A stretch of DNA of 64,000 nt, taken from assembly GCA_902784585.1 (NCBI GenBank), contig CACZVM010000011.1, positions 5,824 to 69,823 of the forward strand, written 5' to 3'. A program made the position numbers and the translations under genes. Shown here piece by piece: positions 34,295-42,250 of the stretch. This stretch comes from an uncultured Bacteroidales bacterium. GTDB lineage: Bacteria > Bacteroidota > Bacteroidia > Bacteroidales > Paludibacteraceae. Numbering within the stretch: position 1 is the stretch's first letter; each line of letters begins with the position of its first letter. The notes beneath the pieces were generated by a model that did not search any database, was not told the DNA's origin, and saw nothing but the letters and a program-made list of their open reading frames with translations.

Positions 34295-34954
34295 ATGATT
34301 TACTCGAAAGAAGTACAAGAAATGTGCGTTGTAGCGAAGGGTCCGAAGCATGGCCCGGCACCGATTCCCGAAGAGGGCAAATGGGTGAAGGCTACTGAGA
34401 TCAAGGACATCTCGGGTATGACGCACGGTATCGGTTGGTGTGCTCCGCAACAGGGTACATGCCTCGTGGAGACCATCGGTTGCTCGGGCATGACCCACTC
34501 GGCTGCTATGGCCGCAGAGATTCTGCCGGGCAAGACCATCCTTGAGGCACTGAACACCGACCTCGTTTGCGACGCCATCAACACCGCGATGCGCGAGTTG
34601 TTCCTGCAGATCGTTTACGGACGTACGCAGAGTGCGTTCAGCGAGGGCGGTCTGACCATCGGTGCAGGTCTGGAAGACCTCGGTAAGGGACTCGTCAGCC
34701 AGTGCGGTACGCTCTACTCCACCAAGGCTAAGGGCGTTCGTTACCTGCAGTTAACCGAAGGTTACATCACCAAGGAGTTCCTCGATGAGAACAATGAGGT
34801 TTGCGGTTACGAATACGTACATATGGGCAAGTTCATGGACGCTGTAAAGAAGGGCATGGACGCCAATGAGGCACTGAAGAGCGTTACCGGCACCTATGGT
34901 CGTACGACCAAGGAGCAAGGCGCAGTTAAATCAATTGATCCACGCAAAAACTAA
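34295..34954 (+). CDS. NifU/IscU-N-like Fe-S scaffold-related protein (partner of GGGtGRT protein)
   Basis: Cys-containing N-terminal region (GIGWCAPQQGTCLVETIGCSGMTHSAAMAAEIL...). It has a strong promoter and lies 12 nt upstream of the GGGtGRT gene. Confidence 0.55.
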   Translation: MIYSKEVQEMCVVAKGPKHGPAPIPEEGKWVKATEIKDISGMTHGIGWCAPQQGTCLVETIGCSGMTHSAAMAAEILPGKTILEALNTDLVCDAINTAMRELFLQIVYGRTQSAFSEGGLTIGAGLEDLGKGLVSQCGTLYSTKAKGVRYLQLTEGYITKEFLDENNEVCGYEYVHMGKFMDAVKKGMDANEALKSVTGTYGRTTKEQGAVKSIDPRKN

Positions 34955-34966
34955 GGAGGGAACGTT

Positions 34967-35977
34967 ATGATTCGTGAAGTAAAATTTGAGTCGCAAGACC
35001 GCCGCGAGAAACAGATTCTCGCCGCTCTGAACGCGAATGGTATCGCTTCCATCGAGGAGGCAAATCAGATTTGCGAGCAATATGGCCTCGATCCGTATAT
35101 GACTTGCGAGGAGACCCAGCGTATCTGCTTTGAGAACGCCAAGTGGGCATATGTAGTAGGTACGGCTATCGCCTTGAAGAAGGGTTGCAAGAACGCCGCT
35201 GACGCTGCCGAGGCTATCGGTATCGGTCTGCAGGCCTTCTGTATCCCGGGTTCTGTGGCTGACGACCGCAAGGTAGGTATCGGTCACGGTAACTTGGCAG
35301 CCCGTCTGCTGCGCGAGGAGACCCAGTGCTTTGCATTCCTGGCAGGCCACGAGAGCTTTGCAGCTGCTGAGGGCGCTATCAAGATTGCCGAGATGGCGAA
35401 CAAAGTTCGTAAGAACCCGCTTCGCTGCATACTGAACGGCCTCGGCAAAGACGCTGCTATGATCATCAGCCGTATCAACGGTTTCACATACGTACAGACC
35501 GAGTTCGACTACTTTACCGGAGAACTGAAAGAGGTTCGTCGCAAAGCATATTCGAACGGTCCGCGTGCGAAAGTGAACTGCTACGGTGCAGACGATGTTC
35601 GTGAGGGTGTAGCTATCCTGTGGCACGAGAACGTGGATGTCAGCATCACAGGTAACTCGACCAACCCGACGCGCTTCCAGCACCCGGTAGCAGGTACGTA
35701 TAAGAAAGAGCGTATCCTGGCAGGCAAGCCGTACTTCAGCGTAGCCAGCGGTGGTGGTACAGGTCGTACCTTGCACCCGGATAACATGGCTGCAGGTCCT
35801 GCTTCGTACGGTATGACGGATACCCTCGGCCGTATGCACAGCGATGCACAATTTGCAGGTTCGAGCTCCGTTCCGGCACACGTAGAGATGATGGGCTTCC
35901 TGGGTATCGGTAACAACCCGATGGTAGGATGCACCGTAGCTTGCGCTGTGAACGTAGCATTGGCGCTTAACAAGTAA
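34967..35977 (+). CDS. GGGtGRT-family protein (conserved, function unknown)
   Basis: It contains the family-naming motif SGGGTGRTLHP. Length is 336 aa. Confidence 0.7.
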   Translation: MIREVKFESQDRREKQILAALNANGIASIEEANQICEQYGLDPYMTCEETQRICFENAKWAYVVGTAIALKKGCKNAADAAEAIGIGLQAFCIPGSVADDRKVGIGHGNLAARLLREETQCFAFLAGHESFAAAEGAIKIAEMANKVRKNPLRCILNGLGKDAAMIISRINGFTYVQTEFDYFTGELKEVRRKAYSNGPRAKVNCYGADDVREGVAILWHENVDVSITGNSTNPTRFQHPVAGTYKKERILAGKPYFSVASGGGTGRTLHPDNMAAGPASYGMTDTLGRMHSDAQFAGSSSVPAHVEMMGFLGIGNNPMVGCTVACAVNVALALNK

Positions 35978-36037
35978 TTAAAAATTGTCATAATAAACAA
36001 TTTCCTATTTATTCACAAATTTAAACAACTTACAAGT

Positions 36038-36616
36038 ATGAAAAAGATTTTGATGCTTTGTGTAGCCGTTATGATGGCTGCAACTTCTATGAAAGCTCAA
36101 CACGAGATCGGTGGTATCGTTGGTGGTATGAACGGTCTTAGCTACAAGTACTGGTTCAACGACGCACTGGCTCTGCAGGCTGACCTCGCAGTAGGTCTGA
36201 CTGAGGCTGCTTACAAAGGCGGTAGTGCAGGTCAATATGACTTCACGATCAACCCGAACGTAGAGTATCACTTCGATCTGCCAGCTAACTTCAAGATTTA
36301 TGTCGGTGGTGGTCTCAACTTCGGTCTTTGCGACGGTCTTGGTACACATGGTGGTGCTTACAGCTTTGACCCTTCCGATTTCATGGACTACGCTCCGGCT
36401 CATCGCGCTCGCATGTCAGGTGGTTCGAGCTCCACTGTCTGTGGTAAGTTCGGCATTAACGCTATCTGCGGTGTTACCTATGACATCCAGGCTGTACCTC
36501 TGGTACTCGCTTTTGACTTCCGTCCGGGTTACGGTATGAGCTTCAGAGATTCGAAAGTAGATCCGAGTCACTTCTTCGATTGGAAACTCGCTTTCGCAGT
36601 TCGTTACAAACTCTAA
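36038..36616 (+). CDS. Small outer-membrane beta-barrel protein
   Basis: It has a signal peptide MKKILMLCVAVMMAATSMKA, alternating aromatic/Gly strands and a C-terminus ...LAFAVRYKL. A strong terminator follows. Confidence 0.6.
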   Translation: MKKILMLCVAVMMAATSMKAQHEIGGIVGGMNGLSYKYWFNDALALQADLAVGLTEAAYKGGSAGQYDFTINPNVEYHFDLPANFKIYVGGGLNFGLCDGLGTHGGAYSFDPSDFMDYAPAHRARMSGGSSSTVCGKFGINAICGVTYDIQAVPLVLAFDFRPGYGMSFRDSKVDPSHFFDWKLAFAVRYKL

Positions 36617-36632
36617 GCTGATTTTTCAAACA

Positions 36633-36670
36633 AAAAAGAACGCATATGCACACGCATGTGCGTTTTTTTT
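36633..36670 (+). terminator. Intrinsic terminator after the small OMP gene
   Basis: The 10-bp stem ACGCATATGC/GCATGTGCGT has loop ACAC and is flanked by A6 and T8. Confidence 0.65.
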
Positions 36671-36700
36671 ATATAAAGTGAAATAAAACACACAAAAAAT

Positions 36701-36731
36701 TTGCGTATATCAACTATTTTTCATATCTTTG
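36701..36731 (+). promoter_or_regulatory. Promoter for the ten-gene operon
   Basis: TTG is at 36701-36703 and TATCTTTG at 36724-36731. Confidence 0.55.
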
Positions 36732-36787
36732 CGCCCAAATAAGTTATATTTTTAGCAAAATAAGATTAAATACATCTATTTACTATC

Positions 36788-37801
36788 ATGAGCGAGTATA
36801 AGAAAAGAGGTGGTGATGTGTTGCATTGCCCTAAATGCGGCGCCATCGTGCCGGAGTCTGCGTCGGTGTGTCCCGAGTGCGGCCATGAGTTCAGCGAGAT
36901 AGAAGCCAACAGCAGTTCCATGCTACTGGCGACGCTGCTGGCCCAGACGGATGATTACGAACGTCAGTGTCAGATCATTGAGACCTTCCCGTTGCCTAAT
37001 TCGAAGGTCGATCTGCTGGAGTTTGCCACGGCACTGAAGCCCCGAATCAAGAACATCGACAACCCGCTGGCAGATGCGTATATGGTGAAATACCAGGAGT
37101 TGATTGAGAAGATCAAGACGTCGTTTGCAAAAGATCAGCAGCTGATGCGTTTTGTGAACGAGTTTGATGCGCTGTATGCTGAGATAGAAGTGAAGAAGAA
37201 GAAAGCCGACCGTCAGTACTGGTTCAGCGAGCACTCGAAGCTGCTGATCACGTCGGTGGTGATTGTTCTGGCGCTGCTGATAGGCGGCGGCGTGCTGATT
37301 GCCTTCCGCGACACAGCTGCGAACAATGCGGACCGTTGCGTGACGGCGGTGACGAAGGCGGTGGATAAGGACAACCTGAAGAAAGCCCGTAACTTCCTCG
37401 TGAGCTACAAGAAAGACAAGGATGAGGTGATCGAAGGCTACGTGACGCTGCTGAGCAAATATCTGGACGAAGGCAAGTGGGAAGACGCGAAGTCGCTGGT
37501 GGAATATTACGGCCAGGGCGAATACACCAAGCCGCTGAACAAGGGTCTGTTCAACTACCTGCTGTCGATCGGCGAATATGAACTAGCGGAGAACTATATC
37601 AACGTAGAAGAGAAGCCGACAGACAGAGAGTATTACACCTACATGGAAGAGTGCGTCAAACTGATGTGCCAGGCAGGAATGCTGAGTGAGGCGCAAGCCT
37701 TCATTGCCAAAAAGGCGTTGCACTACGCAGCCAGCTCGGGCTACTACAGCAAGACCCGCGTACAGGAGAGGCTGAACAAGATAGTCAATCAATACAAATA
37801 A
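36788..37801 (+). CDS. Operon gene 1: zinc-ribbon, single-pass membrane protein
   Basis: It has CPKCG-x13-CPECG at the N-terminus and a TM helix LLITSVVIVLALLIGGGVLIAF. The helical-repeat-like C-terminal half is predicted to be on the other side of the membrane. Confidence 0.6.
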   Translation: MSEYKKRGGDVLHCPKCGAIVPESASVCPECGHEFSEIEANSSSMLLATLLAQTDDYERQCQIIETFPLPNSKVDLLEFATALKPRIKNIDNPLADAYMVKYQELIEKIKTSFAKDQQLMRFVNEFDALYAEIEVKKKKADRQYWFSEHSKLLITSVVIVLALLIGGGVLIAFRDTAANNADRCVTAVTKAVDKDNLKKARNFLVSYKKDKDEVIEGYVTLLSKYLDEGKWEDAKSLVEYYGQGEYTKPLNKGLFNYLLSIGEYELAENYINVEEKPTDREYYTYMEECVKLMCQAGMLSEAQAFIAKKALHYAASSGYYSKTRVQERLNKIVNQYK

Positions 37802-37814
37802 TGGCACAGTTTTT

Positions 37815-37848
37815 GAATTGAGAATTATAAATTAAGAATTAAAAAAAA
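37815..37848. repeat. AATT-family heptad array between operon genes 1 and 2
   Basis: GAATTGA GAATTAT AAATTAA GAATTAA AAAAAA. Confidence 0.6.
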
Positions 37849-37857
37849 TATAGTACC

Positions 37858-39456
37858 ATGGGACTTTTTGGTTTTGGTAAGAAACATGACGGAGGCGTCA
37901 TGGACGCCATCAATGCGGATGGCATGGGTAATCACATTGTATGGCAGTGGCGCCCGAAAGGACAAGATCTGGACACGTCGAACAAAGCGAATGCTATCCG
38001 CATGGGTAGCGGTTTGCTGGTGAATGACGGCCAGGCAGCGATGTTCCTTTATCCGAACAGCAACCAGTCGGATGTCATCCTCGGCTACCACAACGACACC
38101 ATCGATTCGAGAACCGGCAACTACCCCATCCTGGCCAACATCATCGGTGCGGCCTATGACGGCAGTACGCCGTTCCAGGCACGTATCTACTTCGTGTCGA
38201 TGGAAGGTGGTATGCAGGTGAATTTCTCAACGGAAGGATTTGTAGAGACCCGTCCGTCGCAGCCGAACCTCTCGATGTACACCGTCAAGGTGGCTGTGAG
38301 CGGTTCGCTGATGTTCTCTTGTGTTCCGACTGACATGCAATTGGATTTCCTGTACAAGCAGGCACAGCAGAACGGATCGCAGATGACGTACGAGGAATTC
38401 CGCGACACGACCCTGAAAGAGGCGGTGCGTAAGATCTTCCGTATGTGCAAGGGACAGAACACCACACTGGACATGCTGCAGGACAAGATCAAAGACACCA
38501 TCAAGACCGAGTTGATCGATCGCGTAGCGAACATCCCCGACGGTATCTTTGTGCTTCACCTGAACAAGTTGACCAAACAGTTCTCACAATATATCTACGA
38601 GCAGATCTACCCGATCATGCGTGACTCGATCGGTATATGGCCGACCCGCATGAACATCACCGACATCCGTTTTGACGAGTCGACCGATGAATTCCAGATG
38701 TTGAAGCGCATCACCACGGGTCAATCGTTCAACATCAGCATGCAGAACGAAGAGAACCTGCTCAGCCAGTTGGCTACCGATGCAGCTGTTCGCAACGGCA
38801 TGGTGGCACGTCAGGCCGAGATTCAGATGGATCATCAGGAAGACATGATGGCCAGAATGCGCGAAGAGGCACAGTTTGCACAACACACGCAGACGGAGAG
38901 CACTGCTCACCGTACCGATCTGGCTTCGGAGACCGCTTATCTGGGTGCACATACCGTGAACGTACAGGGTGCAGTGATGCAGACCGGTATGGAGAACATC
39001 GGCAACATGGGCACGATGGACTTCGGTGCAGGCGACAACATGAACCCTGCCGGCATGATGATGGGCATGGGTATGGCCGCCGGTATGGCCGGTCAGATGG
39101 GTCAGATGATGAGCAACATGGGCAATGCATTCAACGCCCAAGTGGCAAAAGCCGGTGCACCCACTCCTCCGCCGATGCCGGGACAGACGCCTCCGGCACC
39201 GACCACGCCGCAGGCCCCTGCCTTCTACGTACTCAACAACAACCAGCAGATGGGTCCGTATGACATGAACACCTTGCGCCAGCTGGCTGCCTCGGGTATG
39301 CTCAACGCCCAGACGATGGTATGGACTCAAGGTATGCCGCAATGGGACGCAGCAGGTCGGGTATCGACTCTCGCGCCGCTCTTCCAAGCGCCGCAGCAGA
39401 CGCCACCGATGCCGCCGACGCCTGGTAGCATGCCACCGCCACCTCCTGCGATGTAA
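37858..39456 (+). CDS. Operon gene 2: SPFH/Band-7 protein (YdjI/COG4260-like) with Met/Gly- and Pro-rich tracts and a C-terminal GYF_2 domain
   Basis: The N-terminal pattern is IVWQWRP...IRMGSGLLVNDGQAAMF...PFQARIYFVS. Then come GMMMGMGMAAGMAGQMGQMM and PTPPPMPGQTPPAPTTPQAP. The GYF_2 signature is FYVLNNNQQMGPYDMNTLRQLAASGMLNAQTMVWTQGMPQWDAA, and the tail is PPMPPTPGSMPPPPPAM. Confidence 0.65.
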   Translation: MGLFGFGKKHDGGVMDAINADGMGNHIVWQWRPKGQDLDTSNKANAIRMGSGLLVNDGQAAMFLYPNSNQSDVILGYHNDTIDSRTGNYPILANIIGAAYDGSTPFQARIYFVSMEGGMQVNFSTEGFVETRPSQPNLSMYTVKVAVSGSLMFSCVPTDMQLDFLYKQAQQNGSQMTYEEFRDTTLKEAVRKIFRMCKGQNTTLDMLQDKIKDTIKTELIDRVANIPDGIFVLHLNKLTKQFSQYIYEQIYPIMRDSIGIWPTRMNITDIRFDESTDEFQMLKRITTGQSFNISMQNEENLLSQLATDAAVRNGMVARQAEIQMDHQEDMMARMREEAQFAQHTQTESTAHRTDLASETAYLGAHTVNVQGAVMQTGMENIGNMGTMDFGAGDNMNPAGMMMGMGMAAGMAGQMGQMMSNMGNAFNAQVAKAGAPTPPPMPGQTPPAPTTPQAPAFYVLNNNQQMGPYDMNTLRQLAASGMLNAQTMVWTQGMPQWDAAGRVSTLAPLFQAPQQTPPMPPTPGSMPPPPPAM

Positions 39457-39493
39457 TGTTGAATGTTTAATGTTGAATGTTTAATGTTGAAGG
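39451..39493. repeat. (AATGTTK)x5 heptad array between operon genes 2 and 3
   Basis: AATGTTG AATGTTT AATGTTG AATGTTT AATGTTG. It begins at the stop codon of gene 2. Confidence 0.75.
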
Positions 39494-39496
39494 AAT

Positions 39497-39871
39497 ATGA
39501 ATCCACAAGATTTTGATGCGTTACTAAGCACGCAATCAGGTTTCTACAGTCAGACCCAGATGGTGAACTCGGATGCCAACCACCAGTTGACGCAACAGGC
39601 CCTGCAGAATGTACAGGCGATGCAGACGGCCGTCCCCATGGGCAACGTGCCCGGTGTACCCGTCTCGCCGGCCTTTGAGCAGATGGCTCAGGAGCGCAAG
39701 GCGCTAGAAGCACAGTTCCATGTACTGCTGAACGGCGCCCAGAAAGGTCCGTTGACGCTGGAACAGTTGAAAGGTCTGGCTATCGCAGACGTGATTGACG
39801 AGAACACGCAGGTATGGCGTGTCGGCACCAAAGACTGGACGGATCTGAAGACCTGTCTTAATAATCTCTAA
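39497..39871 (+). CDS. Operon gene 3: small GYF_2 (DUF4339-like) domain protein
   Basis: A Gln-rich N-terminus is followed by FHVLLNGAQKGPLTLEQLKGLAIADVIDENTQVWRVGTKDWTDL. Confidence 0.55.
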   Translation: MNPQDFDALLSTQSGFYSQTQMVNSDANHQLTQQALQNVQAMQTAVPMGNVPGVPVSPAFEQMAQERKALEAQFHVLLNGAQKGPLTLEQLKGLAIADVIDENTQVWRVGTKDWTDLKTCLNNL

Positions 39872-39892
39872 TCACCCAAAAACGTGATTGAT

Positions 39893-40201
39893 ATGAACGA
39901 TTCTTCTGACATGTTCGACAAAGTAGTGGAGTTTGGCATGGGCATGGCTCTCTGTCAGCAGATTCCGCAAATGATGAATGCGGCCAGCGCAGCAGCCAAC
40001 CAACCCGCTCCGCCTCCCGTACCACAGGCCACGGCTTATTTTCTGGCTATCGAAGGCAAGCAGTATGGTCCGTTCACTGTAGATCAACTGCGTCCGTTTG
40101 TACCTACCGGCCAGATCAACGGTCAGACGCTGGTATGGTGTCAAGGGATGAGCGGATGGGAGCCCGCCTCGACCCGAGCCGACATAGCATCTATTTTATA
40201 A
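39893..40201 (+). CDS. Operon gene 4: small GYF_2 (DUF4339-like) domain protein
   Basis: It has QPAPPPVPQ followed by YFLAIEGKQYGPFTVDQLRPFVPTGQINGQTLVWCQGMSGWEPA. I prefer ATG 39893, but GTG 39884 is also possible. Confidence 0.55.
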   Translation: MNDSSDMFDKVVEFGMGMALCQQIPQMMNAASAAANQPAPPPVPQATAYFLAIEGKQYGPFTVDQLRPFVPTGQINGQTLVWCQGMSGWEPASTRADIASIL

Positions 40202-40228
40202 TTCGTTAACCGACAAATACATACAACA

Positions 40229-40567
40229 ATGAAAATCAATCCATTTCTGACGATCATTGCGCTGCTGTTCGCAGCAATCGTATCGTACGCACTTTATTCC
40301 TACTGCCACGCAGAGGCGTTACGATGGTTGATCACCCTGTTTGGCGGGGTAAGTATCTTCTTGGCATGGGCCGGTACGATCGCGGTAAGCCTGACAGAGA
40401 AAAAACGCAATGTGAATTTCAAAGTGATGAACGGTCTGTTCGCTACAGCCATCACCGCCATGCAATTGATCTTCACGTTCTCGGCTGTAAGCACGCCGAC
40501 GTATCTGCTGTGCAGCGGCGTATTGCTGCTGGTATGGCTGACGCTGGCATATGCCATGGCCAAATAA
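40229..40567 (+). CDS. Operon gene 5: 4-TM miniprotein
   Basis: Four hydrophobic helices in 112 aa (FLTIIALLFAAIVSYALY, LITLFGGVSIFLAWAGTIAV, GLFATAITAMQLIFTF, LLCSGVLLLVWLTLAYA). Confidence 0.5.
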   Translation: MKINPFLTIIALLFAAIVSYALYSYCHAEALRWLITLFGGVSIFLAWAGTIAVSLTEKKRNVNFKVMNGLFATAITAMQLIFTFSAVSTPTYLLCSGVLLLVWLTLAYAMAK

Positions 40568-40607
40568 ACGATAATTAACTTTTTATTCACCTCAAATAAC
40601 TACAATT

Positions 40608-41288
40608 ATGAAAAAACTGTTGATGGTTGCTATGGCCTTAATCATAGCGTGTGGTGTCAGCTATGCTGAAGAGAAAGACATGAAACAACTGCGCAAAGAG
40701 CGTGCAGAGTTGCGTAAACTGTCCGCAAAAGAATTCAACACCAAAGCTACCAAGGCTGCTCGCAATGAAGCAAAGGCCCTGAAGAAAGAAGGTTGGAAAG
40801 TTAATCCGGGTGCACTGCCCCTGGAGAAACAGCTGGACAACTCGTATCTGAAGCAACAGGAGTTTGACGATGATCTGTTCCCGAAGTATATCATGGCAGA
40901 CGGCAAGTCGATCGGCGAGAGCTACGAAGCTGCCCGCGCTGCTGCCACAAGTCTCGCCATCAGTTCGCTTGCCGGCCAGATTCAGACGGAGGTGGCTGCC
41001 CTGATAGAGAACACTATCGCCAACAAACAGCTTGCTCCGCAGGAGGCTGCATCTATCGTTGAGACCGTTCAATCGAGCAAGAACCTGATCACACAGTCGA
41101 TCGGACGTACGCTGCCGCTGGTAGAGTGCTATCGTGAACTGAAGAAAAACGGTAACATCGAAGTACTGGTTCGCATCGCTTACAGCGAGAAAATGGCGAA
41201 AGAGGCTGTGAAGAAAGCAGTTCGTGAAGAGCTGGAGAAGAAGGGTGAGGACCTGCACGAGAAGTTGGACAAAGCCCTTGGTTTGTAA
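40608..41288 (+). CDS. Operon gene 6: exported (possibly lipo-)protein with LPP20-like motif
   Basis: The signal is MKKLLMVAMALIIACGVSYA. It also has GKSIGESYEAARAAATSLAISSLAGQIQTEV, plus Lys/Glu-rich helices at both ends. Confidence 0.5.
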   Translation: MKKLLMVAMALIIACGVSYAEEKDMKQLRKERAELRKLSAKEFNTKATKAARNEAKALKKEGWKVNPGALPLEKQLDNSYLKQQEFDDDLFPKYIMADGKSIGESYEAARAAATSLAISSLAGQIQTEVAALIENTIANKQLAPQEAASIVETVQSSKNLITQSIGRTLPLVECYRELKKNGNIEVLVRIAYSEKMAKEAVKKAVREELEKKGEDLHEKLDKALGL

Positions 41289-41306
41289 TCCACAAAAGAA
41301 ACGTCT

Positions 41307-42233
41307 ATGAAACGTTTTCTATTCTTTGTAACGGCACTGCTGTTCCTCGGGACGGCAGTAGCCGCTGACAAAGTAATCCAATCATCCGCCAAACGAGCCC
41401 CCGGTTGGATCGGCGGCATGGGCGAAGATTATTTCATCGTGAGCGCAGAGGCGCCCACCCTGGATGAAGCCCAGCAGAAAGCCATGAACCGTGTACGCGA
41501 AGAGATCATCGCAGCTATCGCTACGCAAGTTCATTCCGCCACCTCCATCACCATTCGCGAGGTGACCGAGAACGGCGTGATTGACTCGCATAAGGACATA
41601 CAGAGTGAGGTCAGCGTAAAAGCAGCTGACATTCCCTATCTGGCCAGTATTTCACCCTCTCTGGCTAGCGATTACTACTGGGTGAAAGTACGCAGAAGCG
41701 ACAAGTCGGTGTACTACGTGTACCATATTCTCTATCCGCTTTCGGCATCCAAACTGCGCATGCTGGTGGATGAATATGACAAACAGCAGAAGCAGATCAA
41801 CGACTCGCTGCAGGCTTTTGCATCCGTCAACATGGCCAATTATGACGACCTGAACAAGATGCTGATGCAATACACAGCGCTTAGCCGCTTCGAAGCAGGA
41901 CTGCACGAGGACGACAACCGTCATGCCATCTGCAAGACGATCCTGAACGGCTACGACAAGATGCTGGCCGGCAACCTGCACATAGAGACGATTGCATCGG
42001 ACCGCCAGCAAACGACCGTCGCACTGATGTACGGTCCGAAACGCATCCAATACACGGTGGTGCCCAAGGTGAAGAGTAACTGTATGACCGCTATCCAAAC
42101 GAAAAGCGAAGGAAATGCCACCCGCATCTCCTATGACTTCGAAACCGGTTGTTACGACGACGATCAGAACTGGCTCGATGTCACCTTCACCGTCAATACG
42201 AAGAAAATATCAACACGTTGTTATATTAAGTAA
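41307..42233 (+). CDS. Operon gene 7: exported protein with LPP20-like N-terminal motif
   Basis: The signal is MKRFLFFVTALLFLGTAVA. It also has GGMGEDYFIVSAEAPTLDEAQQKAMNRVREEIIAAIATQV. Confidence 0.5.
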   Translation: MKRFLFFVTALLFLGTAVAADKVIQSSAKRAPGWIGGMGEDYFIVSAEAPTLDEAQQKAMNRVREEIIAAIATQVHSATSITIREVTENGVIDSHKDIQSEVSVKAADIPYLASISPSLASDYYWVKVRRSDKSVYYVYHILYPLSASKLRMLVDEYDKQQKQINDSLQAFASVNMANYDDLNKMLMQYTALSRFEAGLHEDDNRHAICKTILNGYDKMLAGNLHIETIASDRQQTTVALMYGPKRIQYTVVPKVKSNCMTAIQTKSEGNATRISYDFETGCYDDDQNWLDVTFTVNTKKISTRCYIK

Positions 42234-42250
42234 CCAAAAGGTTTCCTGTT

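Noticed and set aside
34931-35881. 316-aa minus-strand ORF antisense to the GGGtGRT gene
   Set aside because: It is a shadow ORF with Cys/Arg/Thr-rich nonsense composition. The plus strand carries the family motif.
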